A DNA stretch of 64,000 bases from Gammaproteobacteria bacterium (GCA_965238225.1 OZ250183.1:1658050-1722049); one strand, 5' to 3'; positions 34,691-45,570 are shown, numbered from the stretch's first letter. Numbers and translations are program-made. The notes: generated from the letters alone by a model not told the origin.

Positions 34691-35494
34691 GTGGAACAAC
34701 TATTACAAAATCATGAAGCACTGTCTCGACTGAGTGCATTTTTGATGGCTCTGATTCTCCTACTTCTATGGGAAGCGTTAAGCCCGAGAAGGTCGCCTTT
34801 ACTGGGCTTGTGCCGACGTTTGAATAACCTAGGACTCGTAAGTCTTGATGTGCTGCTGGTTCGTTTTTTAATACCCCTTGCCACAATCGCCGTAGCCAAA
34901 ACTTCAGCGGATCGAGGCTTAGGTTTGTTTAATAATGTTGATTCAGGATTCTGGCTAGCTTTTGTAATATCTGTATTGTTTATGGATCTGGTCATTTATG
35001 CTCAACATGTCATAACGCACAAAATCCCGCTATTGTGGCGTATACACAGAGTGCACCATACTGATCTGGATTTCGATGTGACAACGGCCTTACGTTTTCA
35101 TCCTTTTGAGATTATTCTGTCGCTTCTTGTAAAATGTTTTTTTATTGCCTTGCTCGGTGCGCCTGTCGTAGCGGTGATTGTTTTTGAAATCGTATTAAAT
35201 ATCTCATCCATGTTTAATCATAGTAATATACGGATATCAACTGGTGTTGATCGCTTGCTTCGTTTTTTTATTGTTACTCCGGATATGCATCGTGTGCATC
35301 ATTCTACTATCAAGATAGAAACGAATAGCAATTATGGGTTTAGCATCCCATGGTGGGATTACATTTTTCGCACCTATCTACCGCAACCATCTGCAGGCCA
35401 TATAAAAATGCAGATAGGCTTGAGTGAATTTCGAAGAAATAAAGTGATTTATTTACATAATTTATTGATGCAACCATTTATTTCGATAAAGTAA
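34691..35494 (+). CDS. Sterol desaturase / fatty acid hydroxylase family protein
   Basis: His boxes HVITH, HRVHH, FNHSN, HRVHH. Confidence 0.9.
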   Translation: MEQLLQNHEALSRLSAFLMALILLLLWEALSPRRSPLLGLCRRLNNLGLVSLDVLLVRFLIPLATIAVAKTSADRGLGLFNNVDSGFWLAFVISVLFMDLVIYAQHVITHKIPLLWRIHRVHHTDLDFDVTTALRFHPFEIILSLLVKCFFIALLGAPVVAVIVFEIVLNISSMFNHSNIRISTGVDRLLRFFIVTPDMHRVHHSTIKIETNSNYGFSIPWWDYIFRTYLPQPSAGHIKMQIGLSEFRRNKVIYLHNLLMQPFISIK

Positions 35495-35564
35495 AAAACT
35501 ACAGAAACAATATTTTCTAAAGAAAATTAACGGATGTTTGGTGTTTTAAAATGAGGTTTGTGTT

Positions 35565-36562
35565 ATGAGTGTAAAGTCAGCCGTACTTGAGAGATATTCA
35601 GAAGGTGCTAATGAAAGGCAAGAAAATTTATGTTGCCCAATTGATTATGATATTTCGCTGTTAAAACTATTACCTCAGGAAATTATTGATAAGGATTATG
35701 GCTGCGGTGATCCTTCGCGATATGTTCAAAAAGGCGATATAGTTTTGGATCTTGGTAGCGGCAGCGGCAAGATGTGCTACATGGCTGCTACAAGATTTAG
35801 CATTGGATTTGACTGCGATGGATGCATTTTTAACAGATAATCCAGTCACAAATATAGAAACTGCACATCAACTGGAACTGTGGCAAGAAAACCAGCGAAA
35901 AACTAAACCTCTGATTGCAGATAATTCAGTTGATCTGATTATCTCAAACTGTGTTCTAAATCTGGTAGGTGACAAGCAGAAACAACAATTAGTTAGTGAA
36001 ATATTTCGTCTATTAAAGCCGGGAGGTCGCATCGCCATATCTGATATTGTCAGCGACGAACCCATCCCCCGAGCACCTAAAGGCAGATGATGAGTTATGG
36101 AGCGGTTGCATTTCCGGAGCCTTTGAAGAAGAAGAAATATTAGATGCGTTTCACAAGGTGGGGTTTCTTTCTGTTAGCCTAGATAAGTGGGATCTTGTGC
36201 CATGGCGAGTGGTTGAAGGCGTAGAATTTAGATCGGTCACGGTCACAGCAGTAAAGGGAAACAATGAAGAATGTCTGGATTATGGACAGGCTGTTATTTA
36301 CAGGGGTCCTTTTAAAACAGTCTTTGATGATGAAAGACATAAGTTTCCGCGCGGTGTCAGGATAGCTGTCTGTCAGCGCACTTTTAGATATTTAACTGAA
36401 GGTCTGCATAAAAATGATTTTATTGGTATCACACCAGCTGAAAAACGAGAAGCAGTCGCTTGGTGTACGGGTCATAATACAAAACGACCAGCGAGCGAAA
36501 CTAAAGGCGATGTGTATAAAGGTGCGCATAAACAAATTGGTAAAAAAACTAAATGCTGTTAA
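35565..36562 (+). pseudogene. ArsM-like SAM-dependent methyltransferase with internal deletion and frameshifts
   Basis: [19 protein letters not shown], then an abrupt jump near 35790 to QDLALD; [25 protein letters not shown]; second shift in the C run near 36070. Confidence 0.85.
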
Positions 36563-36598
36563 TTACTGAAAGAAACAAAAACAAAGGAAAGAAAAACG

Positions 36599-37450
36599 AT
36601 GACAAAAATAATAGACGGTAAACAAATCTCACAAACAGTCCGTAGAGCATACAAACAACGTGCTGATAAATTAAAAGATAATGGCATCATACCGGGGCTT
36701 GCTGTGATTATTGTTGGGGACGACTTAGCATCACATACCTACGTGCGGAATAAGATTAAAGCATGTCATGAAGTGGGTCTACATTCTGAATCTCATGATA
36801 TGTCAGAAGATGTCTCCGAAGAAATAGTGCTGAATCGAATTGATGAACTAAATCACAACAACAAAATTCACGGTATCTTGGTGCAACTTCCATTGCCAGC
36901 ACACATTAACGAAAAGAAAATTCTGGAGGCTATTTCACCTAATAAAGATATTGACGGATTTCATTATTATAATCTTGGCGCACTCTTAACGGGCAATAAG
37001 ATATTCCCACCCTGTACACCTTACGGTGTGATGCATATGCTAGATTACATGAATATTTCACTTGAAGGCAAGGAAGCAGTCATAGTAGGAAGAAGTAATA
37101 TTGTTGGCAAGCCTATGGCCATATTGTTACTCGAAAAAAATGCCACGGTGACAATATGCACTTCGAGAACACAAGATCTGAAAAGTCATACATTAAGAGC
37201 AGATATCTTGGTTGTTGCTACAGGTCGTGCAGAAATGATCACGGGCGATATGGTCAAAAAAGGTGCAACTGTGATAGATGTCGGCATCAATCATACCGAT
37301 GACGGTCATTTAGTTGGTGACGTTGAATTTGAAAGTGCCAAAGAAAAAGCAGCTTACATCACTCCAGTGCCTGGTGGTGTTGGCCCTATGACCATAGCCA
37401 TGCTTATAGCCAATACAGTATTGTCTGCAGAAAAATCTTTAGGCTCGTAG
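36599..37450 (+). CDS. folD: Methylene-THF dehydrogenase/cyclohydrolase
   Basis: VQLPLP, KDIDG, PCTP, GRSNIVGKP, PVPGGVGPMT. Confidence 0.97.
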   Translation: MTKIIDGKQISQTVRRAYKQRADKLKDNGIIPGLAVIIVGDDLASHTYVRNKIKACHEVGLHSESHDMSEDVSEEIVLNRIDELNHNNKIHGILVQLPLPAHINEKKILEAISPNKDIDGFHYYNLGALLTGNKIFPPCTPYGVMHMLDYMNISLEGKEAVIVGRSNIVGKPMAILLLEKNATVTICTSRTQDLKSHTLRADILVVATGRAEMITGDMVKKGATVIDVGINHTDDGHLVGDVEFESAKEKAAYITPVPGGVGPMTIAMLIANTVLSAEKSLGS

Positions 37451-37471
37451 TTTGCTTTAGAACTTGAGTGT

Positions 37472-38542
37472 TTAGTTTGAAGTTCTAAACTCATGCCTTA
37501 CCCAAAGCATCGTGGTCAATAAAATTAAAGCGCCTGCCTGATGTGCTGTAGCGAGTGGCATAGGCACAAGCAGGAGCAATGTCGAAATACCAAGCAAAAT
37601 TTGCAGGGTGACTGTTGCTAATAGGCAATGCAGGGAAACTCGCGTGCGTCTTGGCAACTCTTTATTCAAAAGCTTTAACCAAAAACCAAGAACAAGAACA
37701 AAAACGAATGCAGTCAACAGGCGATGTGTGAATTGAATGGTTACAACATTTTCGAAAAAATTTTTGATCAAAGGGTGAAGAACGAATAAATCTTTTGGTA
37801 AAAGCGTGTCACCCATCAAAGGAAAGGTGTTATAAACTAAACCTGCATCAGTTCCAGCTACAAAACCACCTGACGTAATAGCAACCATAAGTAACAGCAC
37901 CAACGCCGACAGAAAACCTTTGTAGGCGTGTATGGATTGTTGTTTAAAGGTATGTGGTTTTGCAAATAATAATCCGAGTGCGGTCTGGAATATCCAGCCA
38001 TAAAGAAAGAAAGCGAGAATCAAATGCGCGGTTAAACGATATTGACTGACATCCGGCAGATGAGACAAACCACTTTTGACCATAAACCAGCCAAGAGCTC
38101 CCTGCAGCCCACCGAGGATAAACATGATGACTAACTTTGGTATGAGGCTCCTGTCTAGTTTTTTTTTCAGTGAAAAAAATATGAATGGTACAAAAAAGAC
38201 AATGCCAATAACACGACCCCATGCACGGTGTATGAATTCCAGCCAGAAAATGGATTTAAACTGAGCCAGACCCATATCTGGATTTTTAATCTCGAATTCT
38301 GGATATTTCTGGTATTTTTCGAATGTATCTTGCCAGGCAGATTCAGTCGTAGGTGGCAAAAAACCAGTGATGGGTCGCCACTCAACCATGGATAAGCCAG
38401 AATGAGTCAAACGTGTAACACCGCCTATAACAACCATAACAAAGATCATGATTGCACAGATAAAAAGCCAGATAACGACAGCATTTGAGCCAGCATTTAC
38501 GGTTGAGATTTCAGAACGATTTTGAACCATCATTGAGGTCAA
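37472..38542 (-). CDS. ctaA: Heme A synthase (COX15/CtaA type 2)
   Basis: GGVTRLTHSGLSM, LEFIHR, QGALGWFMV, YRLTAHL, QFTHR, AHQ. Confidence 0.93.
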   Translation of the reverse strand: MTSMMVQNRSEISTVNAGSNAVVIWLFICAIMIFVMVVIGGVTRLTHSGLSMVEWRPITGFLPPTTESAWQDTFEKYQKYPEFEIKNPDMGLAQFKSIFWLEFIHRAWGRVIGIVFFVPFIFFSLKKKLDRSLIPKLVIMFILGGLQGALGWFMVKSGLSHLPDVSQYRLTAHLILAFFLYGWIFQTALGLLFAKPHTFKQQSIHAYKGFLSALVLLLMVAITSGGFVAGTDAGLVYNTFPLMGDTLLPKDLFVLHPLIKNFFENVVTIQFTHRLLTAFVFVLVLGFWLKLLNKELPRRTRVSLHCLLATVTLQILLGISTLLLLVPMPLATAHQAGALILLTTMLWVRHEFRTSN

Positions 38543-38875
38543 ATGGATGAGAAAGTTAATGAAGGTATTGACTTTATGATTTTACGTCTATTAAGGCATA
38601 AAGCATACTAATAAATAGTCATAGAAGCAGGCAATTTTTGTGCCTATTTTGCGAAACCCAGTGCTAATAAGCCTATGCATAAAATGTCAAAAAATAGTTG
38701 AAAAATCAGTGTCATTTCGATTTTGAAAATGCTATAAATTAATCTTAGTTTGTAGACAAAAGAATTAAGAGAAAAGTCTTTTTTTAGACATTTATAAGGT
38801 AATTTCTCTTTATTAAACAATCACTTCAAAACTAAACTTAAGTAATTAAATTTGCTTGTTGCTTTGTTTTAAAAA

Positions 38876-38924
38876 CCACTATATATTGTGGTTTAGTCTG
38901 ATAGAAACCTGCTAGATATTGTAT
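38876..38924. promoter_or_regulatory. Tandem NrdR boxes upstream of nrdJ
   Basis: ccactatatattgtgg (38876-38891) and ctgctagatattgtat (38909-38924) match the acaCwAtATaTwGtg consensus, 33 bp apart. Confidence 0.85.
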
Positions 38925-39022
38925 ATTTTGCTGCGATGCAGAATGATAAGAATGCAAGAAATTTATGAGCTTTAAGGCAATTTAATAGAGTCAAAGACAA
39001 AGAAAGAAAGAAAATTTTTCTA

Positions 39023-41170
39023 ATGAGTATAGTACCGATTAAAATCATCCAAACCACTATTTCTGATGTGCCTTTTCAGACAGCCTCCGAGGACATTTGG
39101 GATAAGAAATATCGTCTCGTAAACAAGGATAGTTCACCAGTTGATAAGACCATGGATGATACCTATATGCGTGTTGCAAGAGCGCTCGCAGATGTCGAAG
39201 AAAGCGAAGAAAAACAAGAGGCTTGGTATCAACAATTTCTCTGGGCATTAAGGCGTGGCGTCATCCCCGCAGGCCGCATTATTTCTAATGCCGGGGCAAC
39301 CAAATACAAACCAGCCACATCGACAATCAACTGTACTGTCTCAGGTGTCATTGAGGATTCTATGGACGATATTCTGGGCAAAACACACGAAGCTGGTCTG
39401 ACCTTAAAAGCTGGTTGTGGGATTGGTTATGAGTTTTCAACATTGCGACCTAAAGGTAGCTACGTTTGCGGCCCAGGCGCACATACATCAGGGCCGCTGT
39501 CATTCATGGATATTTTCGACAAGATGTGTTTTACCGTCTCCTCAGCAGGAGGACGGCGTGGCGCACAGATGGCAACGTTTGATGTTGGTCATCCAGATGT
39601 TATGGAATTTATTCGTGCCAAACGTGAGGATGGTCGTTTACGTCAATTTAACCTTTCTTTGCTAATTACTGATGAGTTTATGTCTGCCGTCAAAAACGAT
39701 GGCGACTGGAAGCTCACCTTCCCTGTCAACAAAAAAGAAAACGAAACGCTGGATTTAAATAACCGCAAAGAGGTTGTCTGGCGCAAGTGGCCAATTCACG
39801 AAGGTTACACAGTCAATGATGAAGATCTGGTGGCCTGTAAGGTCTATGAGACAATCCGCGCCAAAGATTTATGGGATACCATCATGGCATCTACCTATGA
39901 CTATGCGGAACCCGGTTTTATCCTCATTGATAAGGTTAATGAAATGAATAATAACTGGTTCTGCGAGAATATTCGTGCAACCAATCCATGCGGAGAGCAG
40001 CCGTTGCCGCCTTATGGCTCTTGTTTGCTGGGCTCGGTTAATCTTACCCGTTTTGTAATTGAACCTTTTGCCGATAACGCACATTTTGATTGGCAAGAAT
40101 TTCGCAAGGTGGTCAGGATCTTTACCCGCATGTTAGATAACGTTGTCGAAATTAACGGCTTACCACTCGACGATCAAGGTGATGAGATTGTGCGTAAACG
40201 CCGTCATGGTATGGGCTTTCTTGGGTTAGGCTCAACCTTGACCCTGTTAAAAATGAAATATGGCAGCAAAGAGTCTATTGTCTTCACAGAAAAAGCCAGC
40301 CGTGAATTGGCCGTTTCTGGCTGGCAAGAAGCGTTGAGTTTGGCCAAAGAAAAAGGTGCTGCGCCGATTATGGATGAAGAATTTACCGTTACTGGTGAAA
40401 TGTTGCGACTGCGCCCACAAATGAAGCTTGATGGCTTTGCGCTCGGAAATAAAGTTAAAGGTAGAGTTTTACATGCGAAATACAGCAATTACATGCAGCG
40501 CATTGCTGATATTGAACCAGGTCTGGTCTGTGAATTAGGAAAAGTGGGCGCTCGCTTTACACATCATACTTCCATCGCACCAACAGGCACAATTTCCCTA
40601 TCTATGGCGAATAACGCCAGTAATGGTATTGAGCCTAGTTTCGCACATCACTATTCACGTAATGTTATTCGTGAAGGTAAAAAGACCAAGGAAAAAGTCG
40701 ATGTTTTCTCTTTTGAGCTTTTGGCGTTCCGCGAGCTTGTAAATAAAGACGCGCTACCTCATTCAGAAGATGAGAAAAATGCCCTGCCAAAGTATTTTAT
40801 CACCACAGATGATATAACCCCGACTGAGCATGTAGACATTCAAACGGCTTCGCAGAAGTGGATTGACTCGTCTATTTCAAAAACAGCCAATGTGCCAACG
40901 GATTTTGCCTTTGATGAATTTAAAGGTATTTACGAATATGCCTATGATCAAGGCTTAAAAGGCTGCACAACATTTCGATTTAACCCAAAGGCATTTCAGG
41001 GGGTGTTGGTAAAGGACGATGACTTAGAAAAAACCGTTTATAAATTTACGCTTAAAAGTGGTAAAACGGTGGAATTAAAAGGCAACGAAGAAGTGGATTA
41101 TGACGGTGAAATACACACCGCTGCGAATCTCTTTGATGCACTTAAGGAAGGTTATTACGGTAAGTTCTGA
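39023..41170 (+). CDS. nrdJa: Adenosylcobalamin-dependent (class II) ribonucleotide reductase, large part
   Basis: PAGRI, TINCTV, GGRRGAQM, ATNPCGEQPL, SIAPTGTIS, KGCTTFR, terminal EGYYGKF typical of split NrdJa. Confidence 0.94.
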   Translation: MSIVPIKIIQTTISDVPFQTASEDIWDKKYRLVNKDSSPVDKTMDDTYMRVARALADVEESEEKQEAWYQQFLWALRRGVIPAGRIISNAGATKYKPATSTINCTVSGVIEDSMDDILGKTHEAGLTLKAGCGIGYEFSTLRPKGSYVCGPGAHTSGPLSFMDIFDKMCFTVSSAGGRRGAQMATFDVGHPDVMEFIRAKREDGRLRQFNLSLLITDEFMSAVKNDGDWKLTFPVNKKENETLDLNNRKEVVWRKWPIHEGYTVNDEDLVACKVYETIRAKDLWDTIMASTYDYAEPGFILIDKVNEMNNNWFCENIRATNPCGEQPLPPYGSCLLGSVNLTRFVIEPFADNAHFDWQEFRKVVRIFTRMLDNVVEINGLPLDDQGDEIVRKRRHGMGFLGLGSTLTLLKMKYGSKESIVFTEKASRELAVSGWQEALSLAKEKGAAPIMDEEFTVTGEMLRLRPQMKLDGFALGNKVKGRVLHAKYSNYMQRIADIEPGLVCELGKVGARFTHHTSIAPTGTISLSMANNASNGIEPSFAHHYSRNVIREGKKTKEKVDVFSFELLAFRELVNKDALPHSEDEKNALPKYFITTDDITPTEHVDIQTASQKWIDSSISKTANVPTDFAFDEFKGIYEYAYDQGLKGCTTFRFNPKAFQGVLVKDDDLEKTVYKFTLKSGKTVELKGNEEVDYDGEIHTAANLFDALKEGYYGKF

Positions 41171-41871
41171 TGGTTAGTGAAATGCAACAAATGCAAAAGA
41201 CGATCACCCAAGCAAAGATACAGAACAAAGCGAAGGGTTTAAGGGAAGCTTATTATTCCAGTCACGATAATATTTTTATATACAACAATGACACTTTGAA
41301 TACTGATTCAATTCCAAACAATTCTGTTGATTTGATAGTTACTTCACCTCCTTATAATGTTGATATTAATTACAATTCAAACAAAGATGATTTGTCATAT
41401 GAAGACTATTTAGAATTTACTCAAAAATGGATTAAAAAATGTTTTGATTTGTCAAAAAATGAAGGGCGATTTTTGCTCAACATTCCGCTTGATAAAAATA
41501 AAGGTGGGCAGAAATCAATTGGCGCAGATATTACAAAAATTGCAAAAGATACTGGTTGGAAATATCATTCTACGATTGTTTGGAATGAGGGTAATATTTC
41601 GCGTCGTACAGCTTGGGGTTCATGGATGTCTGCTTCTGCTCCTTATGTCATTGCTCCCGTAGAATTGATCTTGGTTTTATACAAAGACAGTTGGGAAAAA
41701 ACGAGCGGCAGCAGGAAAAATGATATTACAAAACAAGAATTTATGGATTGGACAAATGGTCTTTGGACGTTCCCGGGGCAAAACAAAAAAGACGCAGGTG
41801 GGCATCCTGCGGCATTTCCAGTTGAATTACCTAGAAGATGCATAAAATTATTTAGCTATGGAGTTTTTTAA
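41170..41871 (+). pseudogene. Beta-class amino (probably N4-cytosine) DNA methyltransferase, C-terminally truncated
   Basis: DLIVTSPPY motif IV and HPAAFPVELPRRCIKLFSY, then a stop; the SAM-binding DPFxGSG motif that should follow is missing. Confidence 0.88.
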
Positions 41872-42421
41872 AAAAATCCAGACAGAAATATTTCTCATCC
41901 AGAAATTATTGATTGGGCAACAGGTGAATGGGGGGGGGAACGAACAGGAAATGTTTTTAGAGACCCAGACAGAGGCGTAAGAAAGCTACACCAAAACGGT
42001 TATTTGATAAAGGTAAATAAAGGGTGTTTATCGCTACGATCCTAACGGAGTGAAACAGAAAAAATTTGAAGATTTCTCTGCCGTACAGAAAGCAAAAATC
42101 TTGAAGCGTGATAATTATAAGTGTGTCATTTGCGGTCATGGCAAGAAAGAGGGTGTTGATTTACAGGTCGACCATATAAAACCGAAGGATTTTGGAGGGC
42201 AAGCAACTATCGAGAATGGCCAAACACTATGCGCGCAGCATAACTTTATTAAGAAAAATTTAAAGCAAACAGAAACAGGAAAGAAAATGTTTATTCGTTT
42301 ATATGAACTTGCAAAAAAGAAAAAGAATAAAACCCTTCAAAATTTTTGCACCGAGATATTACAAACTTACGACAATCACGATATAAACGGACATATCGAG
42401 TGGAAAAAGTTACAGGGATAA
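41858..42421 (+). pseudogene. HNH restriction endonuclease, frameshifted
   Basis: MEFFKK/NPDRNISHPEIIDWA...FRDPDRGVRKLHQNGYLIKVNKG/VYRYDP upstream of ORF 42050-42421 (CVICG...VDHIKPK...NGQTLCAQHN); shifts near 41875 and 42022. Confidence 0.82.
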
Positions 42422-42426
42422 CACAA

Positions 42427-43134
42427 ATGGTTGCAAAGATTACAGAAGAAATTGTCGGTTTTGAGGTTACTCAAAAAAATACTGAAGAAGCTGAAATCGA
42501 AGAAAAATTAAAAGCAGGTGATGCAGATGCCTTAGATAATGTTGTGCAAATGCATGAACGGGTTGAACGTCCGGAAATGTTATTAGGTTCAACGTATAAA
42601 ATCAGAACGCCGCTTTCCGATCATGCGCTTTATGTAACGGTGAATGACATTATACTAAACGCAGGAACAAAATATGAATTACGTCGTCCCTTTGAAATGT
42701 TCATAAACTCAAAGAATATGGATCATTTCCAATGGATAGTGGCTTTGACAAGAATTATTTCTGCCGTATTCAGAAAAGGGGGGGATATAAATTTCCTTGT
42801 TGAGGAGTTGCGTTCTGTGTTTGACCCTAGCGGAGGTTATTTTAAAAAAGGTGGAAAATTTATGCCTTCATTGGTGGCAGAGATTGGCGATGTACTGGAA
42901 AGTCATTTAAGAATGATCGGCATGATGAAAGATAGTGACTTGGACGAAAGTCAAAAAAAACTGATTGACGAAAAACGTTCAGAATATGAAAACACGCTTA
43001 AAAATGCCGAAGCAAGTTCCCCTGACGACTTCCCAGACGGAGCTACACTGTGCCTGAAATGTAGCACCAAAGCTATTATCTTAATGGATGGGTGCATGAC
43101 TTGTCTTAACTGTGGTAATTCTAAGTGCGGTTAG
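42427..43134 (+). CDS. nrdJb: Class II ribonucleotide reductase C-terminal part (TSCPD plus Cys cluster)
   Basis: GSTYKIRTP, RRPFEMFINSK, SAVFRKGGD, CLKC...GCMTCLNCGNSKCG; start at ATG 42427. Confidence 0.93.
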   Translation: MVAKITEEIVGFEVTQKNTEEAEIEEKLKAGDADALDNVVQMHERVERPEMLLGSTYKIRTPLSDHALYVTVNDIILNAGTKYELRRPFEMFINSKNMDHFQWIVALTRIISAVFRKGGDINFLVEELRSVFDPSGGYFKKGGKFMPSLVAEIGDVLESHLRMIGMMKDSDLDESQKKLIDEKRSEYENTLKNAEASSPDDFPDGATLCLKCSTKAIILMDGCMTCLNCGNSKCG

Positions 43135-43190
43135 TGCGATTTACCTATATTCACGAGGGTGTCGTTATAAAGATTTTTTTATAAAAAATA

Positions 43191-43718
43191 TTAGTCCGCA
43201 TGCATGTTTTTCATCTCAACATAATGATCTGCGGAATATTCTAGCAAATTTAATTCACCCTCATTAAGTCGACGTACCTGCCTCACTGGGCTGCCAATAT
43301 AAAGATACCCACTGTCTAATTTTTTGCCCGCTGCAACTAGGCTTCCTGCCCCTATAATGAGCCTGTCTCCTAAAACAGCACCATCCATAATCGTTGCTGA
43401 CATGCCAATTAGGCAATAATTGCCAATGGTACAACCATGCAATGTTGCGCGGTGACCAGCTGTTACGCCATCGCCTATCGTTAATGGAAAACCGCTTGGC
43501 GTATATTCGCTGTCATGGCTTACATGGCAAATACAAGTATCTTGAATATTGGTGCGTTTACCAATGCTAATCTTTTGCACATCACCTCTGACTACGGTCA
43601 TAGGCCATATTGATGAATCTTCGCCAATGGTCACATCTCCAATCACCAGCGCAGTTTTATCAATAAATGCAGAAACAGCAATATCTGGAGTTTTGCCCTG
43701 CAAGCTTCTAATAGTCAT
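43191..43718 (-). CDS. Gamma carbonic anhydrase family protein (YrdA-like)
   Basis: Hexapeptide repeats, RGDV, NIQD, GH...LHGC. Confidence 0.92.
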   Translation of the reverse strand: MTIRSLQGKTPDIAVSAFIDKTALVIGDVTIGEDSSIWPMTVVRGDVQKISIGKRTNIQDTCICHVSHDSEYTPSGFPLTIGDGVTAGHRATLHGCTIGNYCLIGMSATIMDGAVLGDRLIIGAGSLVAAGKKLDSGYLYIGSPVRQVRRLNEGELNLLEYSADHYVEMKNMHAD

Positions 43719-43877
43719 TTTTTTAAGCGCTCTTTAAGTTTTTTAATCTATCAAACATAATAAATCATCAATGAGTCGCTGTCATTGAATGAATATTTTT
43801 TAAACAAAGCCTCTATAATCTGACCTGATTTCTAATTGACACAATAATATAGACTTAAACCATAAGAGAAAAATTTC

Positions 43878-44435
43878 ATGAAAAAATATGCAATCTCTGG
43901 ATTTTTATTTGTTGTCGCCACAACCGTTATTTTGCAAGATATGATGTTTGCTGCAGGATATTCTTCAAGAACGACCTTTCAATTACCAGAGTTTACGCAT
44001 AAGAACGGGCAAGATTGGATTAATTCAGCGCCTTTAAACACTGTAGATCTAAAAGGCAAAGTTGTGCTGATTGATTTTTGGACTTTTGATTGCTGGAATT
44101 GCTATCGATCTTTTCCGTGGATGAATGCCATGGAAAAGAGATTAGATGAAAAGAATTTTCAGGTCATCGGCGTACACACGCCTGAATTCGAATATGAACG
44201 AATTAGAAAAAACATAGAAACAAAGGTGCAAGAATTTAAATTGCATCACCCCATCATGATTGATAACGATTTTTCCTATTGGCGTGCCATGAATAACCGT
44301 TACTGGCCTGCGTATTATATTGTTGATAAGACAGGCAAAGTTCGCGCTACATTCTTTGGCGAAACTTATGAAGGCGACAGACAAGCCAAACGAATTGAGA
44401 GAATCATCAAGACACTGATGGCAAAGAAAACATAA
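43878..44435 (+). CDS. Exported redoxin (TlpA/DipZ-like thioredoxin domain)
   Basis: DFWTFDCWNC, GVHTPEF, NRYWPAYY; N-terminal hydrophobic segment. Confidence 0.9.
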   Translation: MKKYAISGFLFVVATTVILQDMMFAAGYSSRTTFQLPEFTHKNGQDWINSAPLNTVDLKGKVVLIDFWTFDCWNCYRSFPWMNAMEKRLDEKNFQVIGVHTPEFEYERIRKNIETKVQEFKLHHPIMIDNDFSYWRAMNNRYWPAYYIVDKTGKVRATFFGETYEGDRQAKRIERIIKTLMAKKT

Positions 44436-44537
44436 AGTCTATATAAAAAAACAATTACAAAATCGTTTTTAGAGAAGGCTTTAGGACTACCGCTACAACA
44501 GGACGCGCCTTAGGCACACAAACCCAAACAAACAAAT

Positions 44538-44565
44538 TGCGTCATATAGATGTCTATATGACGCA
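44538..44565. terminator. Inverted repeat between convergent genes
   Basis: tgcgtcatataga-tg-tctatatgacgca, 13-bp perfect arms. Confidence 0.6.
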
Positions 44566-44585
44566 GGTAATGGCTCAACAATAAT

Positions 44586-44834
44586 TTATTGTGGCCAAGT
44601 TTGGTAAATTTCTTCCTGATAGATAACGTTATTATCTTCAACCATCATTGAAGGAACGTCAGGATCGTATGCTTCTAGCATACCGGAATCTTCATCTTCC
44701 ATCATCTCCATGCTATTAGACGCTGCCGACTGAGATGTATCGGAAGAAGATTCTGAGGCATTATCGCCACAGGAAGACAGACCTAAGCCAAATAAAAAAA
44801 GTATAAAAATCAATTGTAATTTCTTAAGCAACAT
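44586..44834 (-). CDS. Small acidic lipoprotein of unknown function
   Basis: AAGGAGG RBS, signal peptide with LSSC lipobox, Ser/Asp/Glu/Met-rich body. Confidence 0.75.
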   Translation of the reverse strand: MLLKKLQLIFILFLFGLGLSSCGDNASESSSDTSQSAASNSMEMMEDEDSGMLEAYDPDVPSMMVEDNNVIYQEEIYQTWPQ

Positions 44835-45033
44835 GAATACCCTCCTTAAGGTAAAGCAATTTCAAGGTAAAATAATTTAAGCCACATATATATCTTGTTT
44901 ATACTACAAAATGCCTTAATAACATAAATCATACGTTATTTTTCTAATCTAGGTTGTATCGGTTCCACTTACATAGATCTTCTGCATGGATCTCATTGTA
45001 CAATACAGCACATTGTAAGACTACTTACGCTTA

Positions 45034-45570
45034 ATGACTATAACAAGCTTAAAGAAAACCAGTGATTTTTGTGACCTCAGACGGAATGAATCAATCATTC
45101 CTAAATTGACAGAATACATCAATATCCCGAATCAATCGCCTATGTTTGGCTCTGACTGGAAAATTCATGGTTATATGGTTCAGGTCGTTGAGCAATTCAT
45201 TGACTGGATAAAAAATCAGGTCATCCCGAAATTGTGCGTGGAAGTCATACATCTGTTAAAAAGAACGCCTCTGATATTTATAGATATCCCAAGAAACTCT
45301 GAAAACACTGTCTTGCTCTATGGTCGCCTTAATAAACAACCGGAAATATCAGGCTGGCGGGATGAGCTTGCTCCATGGCAGCCAGTTTTAGAAGGTAATA
45401 AACTTTATGGTCGTGGTGGGGCGGGGCGCGGATGACGGTTACCCGCCCTATTTTCTTCATTACTGGCAATTTTGGGCATTAAAAGCGCAAAAATATTCCT
45501 CATGGGCGTGTGGTAATTATCATCGAAACCTACGAAGAAAGCAGTAGTCTAGATCTGCCTTTATTACTAT
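45034..45570 (+). pseudogene. M20 family dipeptidase, N-terminal remnant
   Basis: LTEYINIPNQSP, YGRLNKQP (expected GHLDKQP), LYGRGGA/DDGY, IIETYEESSSLDLP across several frameshifts; C-terminal part absent. Confidence 0.85.

Noticed and set aside
39023-42421. Intein or homing endonuclease in nrdJ
   Set aside because: NrdJa is uninterrupted; the HNH gene is paired with a methyltransferase and lies between genes.
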